From positions 62,001 to 126,000 of the forward strand of contig JAHLWZ010000676.1 of NCBI GenBank assembly GCA_020536535.1: a stretch of DNA of 64,000 nt. Reading direction: 5' to 3'. The translations under genes were made by a program, and so were the position numbers. How positions within the stretch are numbered: the first letter of the stretch is position 1; each line of letters opens with the position of its first letter. The DNA comes from Pelomyxa schiedti (taxonomy: Eukaryota > Protista > Evosea). The notes under the pieces were generated by a model, which worked only from the letters and a program-made list of their open reading frames with translations, searched no databases and was not told the origin of the DNA. Shown here in pieces: positions 48,862 through 61,300 of this stretch.

Positions 48862-48894
48862 TATGTACAAGCTAGTTTTGCCATGAAAACACGA

Positions 48895-51883
48895 TCAAAA
48901 ATTTTTTTCCTGTGTGCATTGGATGGCATACATTTGTAGAGTCCCTAAGTGGTGTTGGATACGTTTGTTGGTGATTCTGTCTGTGGCAGTGACGGTGACA
49001 GTGCCTGGGGGGGGTGTTGACGTGCACGTATAACGCAGGTTCTTGATGTACTGGGCCAGTTGGTCGTACTTGAGTGCGAGAGCCAGGTCAATGGCATGGG
49101 GGTACCACGTGTGGCGGCTCAGGCAGGATGCTGCACATAGGCAAGTGGTGCACACACAGCCACAATCAATGGGGCAAGTGCAGTGTGGTTCAGGGAGCTC
49201 AGTTTGTGTCGTGCTGGTTGTTGTTGTGGTAGTTGTTGTGGTGGATGATGATGTGGTGGGTGTTGTGGAAGTAGGGGGGGGAGAAGGGGGAGAGGAGGAA
49301 GAGCGTGTTGTGCTGCAGGGGCAGAGTTGGAATGGGGCAAGCGGTGGGAGGGAGGCGTGGAAGGAGCGGCCTCCGCGGGTGGCAGAAAGGACCTTGTCCC
49401 AGATCGCAAGAACCTGCTCGAAGTTCGTACTTGGTGTAACTTTGAGCACTTGGAAGAGCTTTGGATTGCTGAACGGCTCACACAGGTCCAGGAGGGTGAT
49501 CAGTGATCTCACCAATGAGACGAGGTCGTCCTGAGGCTCGTAGTTTACACACAGACTGTCCCGTGCACTAAGCTGGCGCAGGACGCTGTCGGAGGCCCAG
49601 TGAACAGTGCCACAGAATCCCTCTTCAGAATTGCAAGGTGTTGACTTGGCAAAGCCCCAGTCAATGAGGATTAATCTGTTTTTACCCGTGCTTGAGTCCA
49701 AGAGAATGTTCTCGGGCCGGACATCCCTGTGAACGTACATCCCTTTCGTGTGAACAGCCTCCAGTGTCTTAACAACTTCGCTGAACAACAACGGTATATT
49801 CTAGTTTGGTTAGAGAAAGAAGAACAAAAGCAAGAGAAAAAAAATGAAATATGGTTGTTGTATGTTGTCTTGCTTATAATTTGTATTTTACTTTGATTGC
49901 TCTTCTTACTGGTCAACTAATACGGGAATGGAAATTTACACACATTGATTATGAGACATAACACTTTTGGATCTAAAATACTTCTGCCGATAGGTTCTAT
50001 GAGCATGGCATTGTCCCCGTTTGTGAGTCCAAGTGTTTTTGGTACGCCCTGAATTCCTAGGCCCACAAAATGCCGCAAGATTCGGTTCTCATCTTGCAAG
50101 TAAGATTCTTCACCCTTTTTAGCAATTTTCAGGATGTACTTGGCTTCTGTGTGAGGTCGAGAAATGCTGCAAAGCATCACAAGGGATGTAGCACCCTCAC
50201 CGGCTCTTCCATGTATCACAATTGGGTCGTCAGCCATCTTGGCGGTTGTTAGTGAACTCTTATGCCGCTTCCAGCTTCAGCCTTATCATCATGATTTATA
50301 CTTAAAAATAAGAAGAAAGAAAACCTTGTAAGAGTGAGAGAGAGATACTCCAGTAAGATCTTCCTCTGACAGGTTGAGTACCTTCAGCAATTCAGGTGCG
50401 ACAGGTGCACATATTGCTCCTGTACAGAACTCTTTTTGAGTGCCACTGCCTCTTGTGGCCCGCAGGAACCAGATGAATCTTAAATTGGTGACACCCACCC
50501 ATATTTGTGTTCTCATGGGAACTGCATCCAAGAATTTTGTGGCATGGTCAACAGCTCTTCCTTTGTACTCGTTCGAAGGAAAGCTACCACCCTCATCAGA
50601 AGTCACTTCAAGTATAAACCTTTTTTTTGTTTTGTTTTGTTATTTATTCAGTCTACTATTCAAACTTCACACGTTGTGTAAAAGCTACATATCGGCTTCC
50701 CTCGAAGACAAAAGACGTAATCAGGCTTGCGATCTTGGAGTATAACCTTAGTTGTGTGGACGTCATGTAACTGGTTGGGAACTGGGAGTTGTTTCTTTGA
50801 TATCTCTTGCTCCCACTTTTCTATGCTCTTATTCAAGAGTGGGTATAGCTCCGCTTCAGATGCTCCTTTGACTTTCTCCCACTTCTTACTGGGATTCCAA
50901 TGAACATGAAGTGCAGTAATCCCAGGGAAAAAAGGTATGACAGTTGCGTTTGCAATTACACTTGCACATTCAGAAAAGCTCCTCACTAATAAGAGTTAGA
51001 TTAGCTTTTCCACACATAAAGTCATACTCATTGATGTATTGGCGCCATGAGGTGCTGTTTCTAGTAACCATTGTTTGGTCAGAGCTTCCTTTTTGTGCTC
51101 CATATATTTTGTCTTCTCCTGCCATTTTCTCAGACTAAGCTCTTCTCGCTTTGTGAGCTCCTTTTCTCGCTTTGTGAGCTCCTTTTCTCGCTTTGTGGTC
51201 TCCTTTTGAAGGATTTTATATTTGGGAGTAGTCAGCCAATATGGATCTTCAGAAAGAGGTGGTTGACTACACGAAGAGGAAGAAGACAGGTTTTGCTTAA
51301 ATAGTGGGGTACGTGGTGGGGAAGGTCTTTCTGAACCCAGTTTAGGGCGCTTGGCCTTGTCTGTAGGCGTGGTGGTGTCACCTTCAGCAGCACAGAGCCC
51401 CCTCTTGCGCAGCACACTCCCATCACCATCATCACTACTGCTGCTAATGTCTTCATCACCAATCGTGTGGGTACTGTGGTTTGCTTTTCCCTTGCTCTTG
51501 CCCTTGCTTCTGATAGCATCGCCAGCACCGCCGGTCTCGTACTTCCTCCCCCCTCCATTTCCCTTTCTGGTACCCTTATCGCATGTTTCTTCACGATGTA
51601 CGTTGCGATGGTGCAGGTTTCCAGTTTCGAGTTTGCTTTCAATCTCGTCATCGTAATCGTCGCTGCTGTCGGTGTCGTGCTTGTTGGAGGCGGGGATCTT
51701 CTTTGCGGTGGCCCTGCCCCTTTTGTAGTATGTGGCTACTACTTTCTTCCCGCGGTGCCGCGTGCCTGTTTTCGCCCTGGCCGGTGGTGTTTTGCGCTTC
51801 GATGTATTTTCTTCCCAGTCGCTATCTTTGCTGTCGTCGCTGTCGCTGTGGTTGTTGCTGTCGGACGCGCTAGATCGCCCCAT
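48895..51883 (-). CDS. Crinkler/RHS-effector-like protein: basic low-complexity N-terminus, coiled coil, PD-(D/E)xK REase-like domain, Ser/Thr kinase
   Basis: DVH..LQDRKPDYVF..FILEVT..KGRA..RTQIWVGVTNLRFIWF (REase-like); GRAGEGATSLV, YILKIA, QDENRIL, VHRDVRPENIL, LIDWG, GFCGT, YEPQDDLVSLV (kinase). Confidence 0.75.
51138..51197. repeat. 21-bp tandem repeat (about 3 copies) encoding the heptad TKREKEL
   Basis: Unit agctccttttctcgctttgtg repeated directly inside the kinase gene. Confidence 0.85.
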
Positions 51884-52046
51884 CCGGACACGATTTGTTA
51901 ATTGGGTGATCTGGAGCTGTGAAGTCATCAACAATCAAACTGTCACGTCTTTCTGTGGCAGGTGATGGGAGTTGCCTGCGTGTGTGGGACGCCTTGTGGG
52001 GCGCCATTATTGAGATTTTTTCTCCCAACGCATAGTGCCAGATCCA

Positions 52047-53303
52047 ATGGCTACACCTGAGAGCGGAGTCGACAGTGCGACAGCGGTGGCACAGCAAAAC
52101 AGAATACGAGCTCTCTTTTTCACGTTTATAGACTACATCAGTTCGATCTTGGACAGTTCGACTCAAAGAAATCCACCAAACAACGTTGGGCCTGTTCTGG
52201 AAGAGAGAGTGGATGAAAGAGGCTGTAGGAGTGAGGCGATATGCGACTCGCTGTTAGGCAGTTGGATGTTTGTTTATTCTCCGTCAGAACTTCAAGTAGT
52301 TCCCCATCCCATTGAGTAAATACGCACTAGTTTTTACTTCGATCCAGTTTATACAAGATACAAAAAATAGCATTCAAACTCAGTTATGTGAGTTGCGAGC
52401 AGTCAAAACTTCTGCTAGTAAGTCACTGTTCGCTCAGGAGTCTTTGAGATTATTCAAGTTACTTTCTTCTGAGGTAAACATCTCAATAAATTACCTGAAT
52501 TCTGAGTTCAAATTTATAGGATCAGAGGAGACTCAATGTAGAAGAATTGGATAGTGCTGCTCGTTCCAAAATACTTTCCGATGTTGTCAATATGCACTCG
52601 ACAATCTGGCTGGACTACATATTAGGCACTCTTATCCCAGAGGAACGGAAGAAAGAATTTCTGGAGCACTACCAGGAGCATAAATATGAACGAGGTACAT
52701 TTTGTGGATGGAATTGGGATTGACTTCTATAGGAGTGGTTGGTGGAATGAAAGAGCTTGCTTGGCGGGCTTCACAAACCAAGGGGCTGAAACCGCGTGTT
52801 GTATCAGAAATGGTGTGGAGTATTTTTATGTCTCTCCGCTGCAGGTAGAATCGAGAGTTACCCAAATGCTACCAATTCAATTACCCTAGTTTACGAATCT
52901 TCTTGAATCGGGAGCTCTCTGACGCAGAACTCCATGGGCTATCCTGTCAAGTTGTTTCCTGCATTGATTCCTTGATCCATATGTGGTTGGAAACCGTAAA
53001 GAATAGTGCCAGGGGCAGGTTGAATGCTGGACGCCTACAGATATTGTGGAAACAACAACAGGTGAAAGAATTTATTTGCATTGCCGCATAACAAAGAAAT
53101 CGTAGGAAGAAAAGGAAAAGCATACTAGAGAGTTGGCACAGGCTGGGAATCTGGCACACTTTGAGGGCATCCACGTTGTTGTACAAGCCCATGAAAGGTG
53201 CACTATGACCAAGGAGGAGATTGGCCAACTTGGTGACAAATTGAAGTTCAGGCTTATTGAGGATTACCACCCTTTTACACCCAAAGCACACCAAGGAACT
53301 TAA
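52047..53303 (+). CDS. Hypothetical multi-exon protein
   Basis: ATG 52047 MATPESG..; consistent GT-AG exon chain ending YHPFTPKAHQGT*; no family recognised. Confidence 0.55.
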
Positions 53304-53416
53304 TTGCTTGTCCAATTCGAAACAAAAAAAAAAAAAATATGTATCATTGTGTAAACAACTCTTATATTATTATCAAGTTTGGATTCCTAATTACTTCAAA
53401 GTTCACAAGTCCGTCA

Positions 53417-54436
53417 CTATTCACCTGTAGGTGTGTAAGAAGTAATCACAGCAGTCACATGCAACACACACATCAAAAGGTCCCCAACGTTCCGCCGGTT
53501 GTCCATTTCCGTCTTCTTCATGCACTGCCATCTTAGAAATATGGAACGTCTCCACTGACCCATCTGATGGAAAGGGTTTAGCATGATTAATGGGGAGGGG
53601 AGTGGTTGTGTACCTTTGCTTTTCCATACAAGCGGATTGAATATATGGCATTGGGAGCAACCAATCCTAGTACGCTTTGCTGGTAACCAAGAATCCGAAC
53701 TTCGGGTATACCACACGAAAGCCTCCACACCCTTGCAATTGTCACTGTTCCTCACGCAGATTTTCATGACAGCTGCTGGGCCTTGCGCCGCTTTGGCAGT
53801 AGAACCACATGGGCCAGTACCTTCCACTGCAGTGCTTACAGCCACGCTTACAGCCGCCTCCGCCCCTCCTCCCACCAATACTACGCTCTCTGCCGCACCC
53901 CCACAAGAATACAGCTTGCCATTGCCATTGCCATTGCCAGTCCCAGTCCCGTTGCCGTTGTCGTTGTCGTTGTCGTTGTCACTGTCATTGCCGCCCAGTC
54001 CAACCACAACAGCGCCACCCGAAGAAGATGCCGCGACACTAGTCGAGCCCGGGCCAGCCACAGCCACACCAACAGCAGACCCAGCGGGAGCGTCTATCAC
54101 CACACCCACCGCAGGCACGCTGGTGCTCCCCCCTTCCCCGCCGCCCCCGCCGATCCCCACTCCCACTCCCGCCGCCGCCGCCGCTCCCTCCCCTTCCTCA
54201 GCGCCCGCCGCCTCCACCGCGACTTGGACGCCTCCCCCTGTCGTCCGCTGTTCCTTGGTAGGAGGAGGAGGAGGGGGGCTGGTGGTCACCGAGACAGAGC
54301 CAGAACCGACCACTACTGTGACGCCGCCAACGTCGACTACGACGCCGTCCTGTCCCACAATGACGCCGCCGTTGCCACTGCCCCTTGTTGTCGACGACGC
54401 GGCGTTCACCGTCACCTTTGTGCTAGCCATCATCAT
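53417..54436 (-). CDS. Hypothetical protein, Gly/Val/Ala-rich N-terminus and Cys-containing C-terminal domain
   Basis: Long open frame from ATG 54436 (MMMAST); C-terminal RIGCSQCH..LRWQCMKK; a further 3' exon is possible. Confidence 0.5.
   Translation of the reverse strand: MMMASTKVTVNAASSTTRGSGNGGVIVGQDGVVVDVGGVTVVVGSGSVSVTTSPPPPPPTKEQRTTGGGVQVAVEAAGAEEGEGAAAAAGVGVGIGGGGGEGGSTSVPAVGVVIDAPAGSAVGVAVAGPGSTSVAASSSGGAVVVGLGGNDSDNDNDNDNGNGTGTGNGNGNGKLYSCGGAAESVVLVGGGAEAAVSVAVSTAVEGTGPCGSTAKAAQGPAAVMKICVRNSDNCKGVEAFVWYTRSSDSWLPAKRTRIGCSQCHIFNPLVWKSKGTQPLPSPLIMLNPFHQMGQWRRSIFLRWQCMKKTEMDNRRNVGDLLMCVLHVTAVITSYTPTGE
53916..53993. repeat. Compound hexamer microsatellite (TTGCCA)n/(TTGTCG)n encoding (NG)n/(DN)n
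   Basis: Read directly; keeps several frames open on both strands. Confidence 0.75.
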
Positions 54437-54693
54437 CAGCCCTGCCTGAATCAACACGCACACGACAATTACGTCCGGGGTCCAACGCATTCCTTCTCAG
54501 AGATCTTTGTTTGTTCGTGTCCGACATCGTTGGCACCATCGCCTTGTTCCCATGGGAACGGCACCACAATTTTGTTTTTCGTTTTTAACTTTTCAATCAA
54601 TCACCCAGTAAAAGAGACATTTAAGGAAAAAATACAAAATTTTCTCTCACAATTGGTCTGGTGTAGTTTATTATGCAAAGGAGATGTACGTTT

Positions 54694-55479
54694 TTACATG
54701 ACGGAGCAACGTTTCCTCTTCTTTCCTTTTAGTACGTTAGGGGTGAATAGGCAAGGCATCAAGAAAGAATACCCTTGTTGAAGAGCACTGCCTTGATGGC
54801 TTCGTCAAAAACGAGCTTAAGGTTATCTCCGGACTTGGCGGAACACTCGATGTACTTGAGAGCCTTGATTCTTTGTGCCACTTCATTGCCTTGATCATAA
54901 GTGACAATGGTTTGTCCCATTGTCTTCAGCTTTGCAATGGCATCGGGGTCATTCCTGCCGTCCACCTTTGTTCCAATCAGAATGTATGGAACTCCATCAG
55001 CTGGATTGGACACTTTAGTGTTATTGAAGAGTAAAAAATAGAATGTACCTGGGCTGAAATGGATGATTTCTGGGTGCCATTTGGCAATTACGTTTTCCAG
55101 AGATACCGGATTCGTTATGGCAAAGCAGATAAGGAATACATTGGTGTTAGAGTAACTGAGTGGCCTCAATCGATCATATTCCTCCTGTCCAGCAGTATCC
55201 CACAATGTCAGCTCAATGTTTCGATTACCAGCTGTAAGAGTAACAACTGTACCGAGGGAAAAAAAAGGTCAACTCCTAGCCAAGGTACAACGGAAAAAGA
55301 AAAAAAAAACAAGCAAAAAACTAAACAAATAGCTCACCGTAGTTATCAAAAACAGTAGGGACATAGGTCTTTGGGAACTCGTGATTCGCGTAAGTGATCA
55401 GCAGGCACGTCTTCCCCACGGCACCATCTCCAACCACTACCAACTTGATAGACTGAGTGCCAGGTGTTGGTTCGGTCAT
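54694..55479 (-). CDS. Rho-family small GTPase (Rac/Rho1-like)
   Basis: [57 protein letters not shown]; spliced end LFNK|GKRKRCSVM* (polybasic + CaaX); 3 introns. Confidence 0.97.
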
Positions 55480-55523
55480 GTTTGTTTGTTGTTTGATGAC
55501 GGTTTTTGTTTGTTGTTGTTGTT

Positions 55524-57310
55524 TTATTTGTTTTTGTGTGTGGAAAAGGGTCTTTTAAATTGATCAAACGTGCTCGATGAAGAATTTCGCGTGAATGTTT
55601 GCCGAGGAAGAAAAGATTTTATCTGATTGGTTTTATTTTGAAAAGAGATCAAGCAGCAGTTGCCGATGTATCTGGGGTTTGTTTTTTGTGCCTCAGTGTG
55701 CTCTACGTACCTTCTTGGTTGTTGTTGCCTTGGGCTTTTCTGCATCCGATGAAGAACTAGAGGATTCATCACCGGAGGAATGTTCTGAGGATTCAGACGA
55801 CGAGGATGACTCCTCGTCACTAGACTCAGAGGAGGATTCAGAGGATGATTTTGGGTGTTTCCTCTTTACAGTGTGTTTCTTGGTTGTGGCGGTTTTGCTT
55901 GTCTTGGGCTTCGTTGTAGGTTTCTTTTTCTTGCCCCTGGCCGATTTGGTAGCGGCCTTTGCTTTTGCATTTGCGCGTGTTTGTTCTTCTGAAATTGGTT
56001 CTGGACACTTGCTAGAATGCAGGGAATAAAGAAGGTCAATCTCAGCTCTGTACGCGGCATCAACCGGCGTAGTGCTTCCTGATTTCTTGGGCGGGGGTGT
56101 TTCTAGTATCAGCGGTAAATGTCTCATTCTGGGATCGTTCATTATGCACCAGAAAGGTACAAGGCCCATCATCCCCTTGCCAATATTTGCGTGCCTGTCG
56201 GACTTGCTTCCGCATTTCGTTGCACAGTCATTAATGTGAACAGCTTTGAGATACTAGGTTTTTGTGGGGGAAAAAACTGGTGGTATTGACGCACTTGAAG
56301 CCCAATTTCATTATCAATGGCTTGCATCATTTCCTCATAACCTTCTTTTGAGCGAATATCAAAGCCTCAAGGACTAATGGTGAGATTTTCAAGTTAAGAT
56401 AAACATATAAACCTGCAGCAAAGGCGTGGCACGTATCAAGACACATTCCAACTCGACTTTTATCTGTTACGCCATTTATCATTAAATGTAATTGCCCAAA
56501 ACGTGATCCAACGGAATGTCCTTGCCCTGCACTGTTCTCCAGTAATATAGTAGTTATTACAGGAGCAACGGGCTGTGGGCTAGGGGGCGTAGAATGTGAA
56601 CTTGCAGTTGTTGTATTGGATGGTGCAGTGGTGTTAGTTTCGGGTACTTTAGTGCCTACGAAATTAGATGAAAAACAGGATAGGACATAGGTTCAACTGT
56701 TGGGAATCACTTGATGAAGATGCGACAACAACATCTGCAGTTTTTGCTATTGCCTCATTAATAGCTGCAGAAATCTTATTGCAGGCTGCGGAATCACCAA
56801 TACTCTTTGTGTCACTCCCAGGATGCACCACAATGTAAGGTATTCCTAAAATACAGCACCTATAGCCAGAAAAAGCAAATTAGTACACTGCACTGCTAAC
56901 CATAAATTCATTGTAATTTCATAAAGGGGGCTTCAACCGCGTCCCATAATTAACAGCCGTTGCTACAACCTGCGGAGCTCGTCAGACAGACAAGCCACGC
57001 TCTTTTCGCGAGTGCTCTCGTCGCCAGAGCAAAAGTTCGACAGGTACGAACCATGCGCGGCCACGGCCGTAGCCTCCACGCCCGCGCCTCGCCGCGCCGA
57101 CGCGAACCTCGCGGCCTCGTCGGGGCCGATGGGCCGCGGCGCCGCCCACGAGCGGCCGTTGCGCACGAAGAGCGCCACGGCCCTCGCGCCCTTGCGCGCC
57201 GCGCGGCCGAACACCGCAGACATGTCGCCCCCTGACGAGTTGGTGTGCGCACCGACCCACCAGTCGTTCCGCGACACCGTGGCAGAGGAGGCCGCAGCGG
57301 ATGCACTCAT
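55524..57310 (-). CDS. APN1: AP endonuclease, endonuclease IV family, with Lys-rich/acidic C-terminal tail
   Basis: All nine metal-ligand motifs present: AHGSY, VVHPG, LLENSAG, CLDTCH, VHIND, DRHANIG, ILETP; N-terminal VGAH. Stop at 55693 or, if spliced at AAG|GTACGT, 55524. Confidence 0.93.
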
Positions 57311-57577
57311 GGTGATGGATATGGCTGGTGTCACAGCCTATCTTCAGTTCCCGGAATCAGCAGCTTGTGGTGATATGGCTGGTTCCACGAACCCTACGCT
57401 GCTCCCGGGGTATTATTATTAATAATACGCAGTGAACCATCCCGGAGCCCAAATTTTGAGGGCTGTTCTTCTCAAGAAGAAATCCCTTTCGGCTCTCATT
57501 ACCTTAATCACATACGAAGGGAACAAGCAATTTTTTAAACGAAAGAAAGAAAAGGAAAAAAAAACCCCAACCAAAGA

Positions 57578-58152
57578 ATGAGCACTACGCCCAAGCGCAA
57601 ACTGCTGTTCATCATCTTCAACGACAACGAGTGCACCGCCAAGCACGCGTTGTGGTGGGCGCAGGACCTTACGTCCCGAGGCCACGTAGTGAGGGTCATA
57701 TTCGAGGGCCCAGGCACCCGCCTCGTCGACAATCCAGCAATGGACGCCGACATCAAACAAGCCCTCGCTAGCCACCTCGTCGTGGGCGCCTGCAAGGTAC
57801 CGTACAAGTTCAACCAACTTTTTTTTTTCCCCCTTAGTTCTAAATGCACAATGCCATGCTACTGGTGGCGTGATAAAATTAGTAAGAACGTAAAAGCCAA
57901 TCGCCAACAAACAAACGCCCATATTGGCAATATCCTATCACGACTCAGCATAGTAACTAATATAACAACCAACACACACAGGCAGCATCTGGAGCGATGG
58001 GATGCGGCGGGCCGACCGCCGTCTGCCCAGGAGGAGTTCCCCCTCTGCACCAAAAGTGCAACGAGCTGGGCGTAACACTGCTGAGTGACTTGAGGGGACA
58101 TGCCAACGTGGGGCCATTTGTGGACGAGGGATTTGAGATGGTTACATTCTGA
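57578..58152 (+). CDS. Bacterial-type DsrE/DsrF-like protein, 129 aa, one 185-nt intron (57797-57981)
   Basis: KLLFIIFNDNECTAKHAL, VRVIFEGPGTRL, VGACK|AAS, LLSDLRGHANV..DEGFEMVTF* match the small DsrE-family proteins of anaerobic prokaryotes. Confidence 0.8.
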
Positions 58153-58329
58153 GTGAGGCCTGTGTCTACTTAGACGGACTGCGGCCGTTTGAATTCAATC
58201 CCCGCTGTAATTTGCTCGGAAGATTGTGGTGTGCAGAACCCCAATGAACCAACCCATAATAAACGTGGCTTTGCCGGTTCTACAACAAGTTTTTTGGAGC
58301 CGATCTTTCTCCGAAAAAGAAACCGCAGG

Positions 58330-61300
58330 ATGGGAGGGTCGTCGGTTTTTTTCCTGTTCGCGTGCGTGGGGATTGTGGGCATTGTGGGTCACGAGACTAT
58401 TTTTTTGTATGGCCAAATAGACAACTCCTATGCAGGTGGTTTTCCTTTTTTTTTTGGGTTTTTTCCCTTATGGCTGCCTTGTAGAGTTTAGCACCAAGGT
58501 GGCCAATGATTGGATTCCACTTTACCCCAGCAGTTTTTCTGGAGGGTTTTCTGTCAATCCACAAAATGCAATTACAAAGGATGTATTCCCTGGCTTTCAA
58601 GCAGGCCCTTCTGATTGTGTGTTTCTACTGGGTGTGACAATATTAATCCTCTGCATTCCATTTAAGTGTGGGCAAACAGTCAGCAGTATCCACTCCTGCT
58701 CTCCTTTACCATAAGTTCATCTATCTGGAATGTTGTTTCTTCCTCTTTTGCTTTTTCTGCTGCAGTTCTTGGTGTTTCAACTGGTATGCACTACTGGTTG
58801 TAGATAAAGCATCTCAATTTTCAATGTGTTGGCAGGCACTGGAGGAACAGTAGCTGTGTATGTGAACTCAGAAAAAGCCGCACAACAGTCTTATGCAAGG
58901 GGTTCCAACGAAGATATTCTCAACACATTCTCTGGCTCTGTTGTGATGTACTTGAGTTTCACTCTCGACAAATCTTTATTTGTTCTGGGTTCCAATACAA
59001 TAGAACTTGTTATCTCCTTGGTATTTTCCTCTGTCCTTTTGGTGAATATAAGTGAAGTCAGGGAGCTTGGAATATATACGACTATCTACTGCTGGAAGGT
59101 CTAGTTGGTGATAATATTGAGGTTTTTGGGCAATTTTCCTTCAAGTGTAATGCTATACCTAGGTTTTGTATCTCAGTGCAAAAAGCCTCCCATTCCTGGC
59201 AAATGTTGGTGGTGTAGCGGAAAGTGTTGTCCAGTTCAGTGGCACTGCCGTAGGTACATCAGAAGTGTGCACATTAGCATCAGTAATCTTATCTGGTGAT
59301 ACATACACCACAAAATCAAATATCACGGGAGGCACATTTACCATTAATGTCAATGTAGTATGCCACGTTTTCCTCCAGGGCACTCACTTTCACTTTAGGT
59401 GCCAGAACAATCTCAGCCCAATTCTGTACTTGTGACTCTGACAGACTGTGATTCGAATATGCTCTTTCCATCCTTTTCCGCAACTGTGGAGCCAGTTCGA
59501 CATCTTACTGTAATGTTAATACCGCATTCCCACCTTGATATTGGGTATGCTGACTTGCAGGTTTACCTACACTTGTTCCTCGGATACTATTAAACTTCCG
59601 CACAAGCCTAATGTTATTATCTCTCAAAAAACATATCTGGAGCATGCTCTTTCTCTGATAGAAGAAACTACATCTAGCCCTTCTCCTATGACTTGGGTTG
59701 CTGAAGCTTCTTGGCCAGAGTGGCTTCTCATGGTGGGTATTTTTTTAAAAAAATCAAAAAAAACAAGTTCAGAAAACAATCAACATTTTTAAGAATGACT
59801 TTGGGCCATATGATGAGTATGGAGCTGCTTTATCAGAGGCCACCCTCACGAAAGACCTCCCAACACAATTCTGGGTTGACATTCCCTGTATGCCTGAAGC
59901 TTGAAATGCATGCCTCTCAAAAACCTCAGATATGAAAAATGTAGCAGGTTATGCTGCTCTTACAACCTCAGCACATTGTGATGATGACAGAGAAAATAAT
60001 CGACGGCTAGTTGATGGTTCCCGCATGGAATGGAGTAGCTATGCCTCTGCTAGCTCTTCCTGGGCGGAACTTTCATTTGATACTCCCCTGACTCAACTGA
60101 AATACATTGCCATAAGAGGTGGAGATGTTACTGTCAATTCAGTCACAGTGTCAATCAACAGTGGACAGGCAAATTACACTGTTGCCACATTACCGGGTGA
60201 TTTCTTTTTTTCTCCTTCACCAAAGTTATTTAAATTGACTCTTAGACCACACTGCCAGAGCGTTATTGTCATTCACCACCTTTCCTTCCCCAATCTCCAA
60301 CATTCGACTTGATACTTTCAAGACATTTGGTGATATACAATTCGACTTAACTGAACTGGAAGTTTGGGTTCCCTTCTCACCACAGGACACTCGCACATCC
60401 CTTGAATCAGCGTTCCAATCAGGGCGCTGTGACAGTTCCGCATTATTGATGAACTTTTTGACGGGGTGCCCGCCTACTGAGTGGATGATAAGACAATTAA
60501 TCAGAAGCATTTCTGCCTTATCGGAGCTTGGAAAAACTACACCAACGACTGCACTAATAACTGATGTACCTGGCTTCTCGTGGGTTGTACCAGGTATGCT
60601 CCTATTATTTGGTGCAGTTTAACGTATCAGCCTTCCAGATATCCTTTCCGAAGCTGGGGTAAAATATTTTTCACTCAAATTTTGTAACAAGACTAGGTAA
60701 AATACTTTTACCCAGCCTTGAATCTATACCACGCTAATAATGGCCTCTATAATATGCCTCAAGCCTTTTGGTGGGAAGGTTGTAGTTTTCCATTACTATT
60801 TTTCTTATTTCTTTAAGGTCCATCTGGGGGCAGAGTTCTTGTATTCCACTCCTTTGATAATTACAACGAAGGCTGGGAGATGGGATGGACTCGATCAGTG
60901 GAACTTGTTGAAGAAAATGCCCCAAGTTCACAATTTCCAAAACACAAAAACAATTCACGCTTCCTAGGCTGGTTAGAAAGTCTAGATGCAGAAGAATATA
61001 GCTTTACTGTTGCTGCACTGAGGACATTGGGTGATATAACTGACGATGGCCCTGTGGCAATGTATCCATTGGATTGTTTGTTTACCTTCTCAGTTTCTCA
61101 GGTATCTACCAGATGTTGTCTCTGAATGGAATGAGAAATGGCTCTGGCCACATGCAGTCATAGCAACCCCAACGGAATTTTTTGATGTTTTGACCAGTGA
61201 TGAAGCTACCAAATACTTACCCGTGCTTCAAGGAGACTGGACAGGGTTGGGATTTTTATCCCCTGTTGATACTTATTCTTCAAAGGTATTGGGAGGATGG

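Noticed and set aside
53583-54781. Long plus-strand ORFs (288 and 332 aa)
   Set aside because: Open only because of GC-rich low-complexity and hexamer repeats in the minus-strand gene.
57410-57428. AT-rich near-palindrome gtattatt-att-aataatac in the APN1/DsrE spacer
   Set aside because: Low complexity (TAT/ATA repeats), likely chance.
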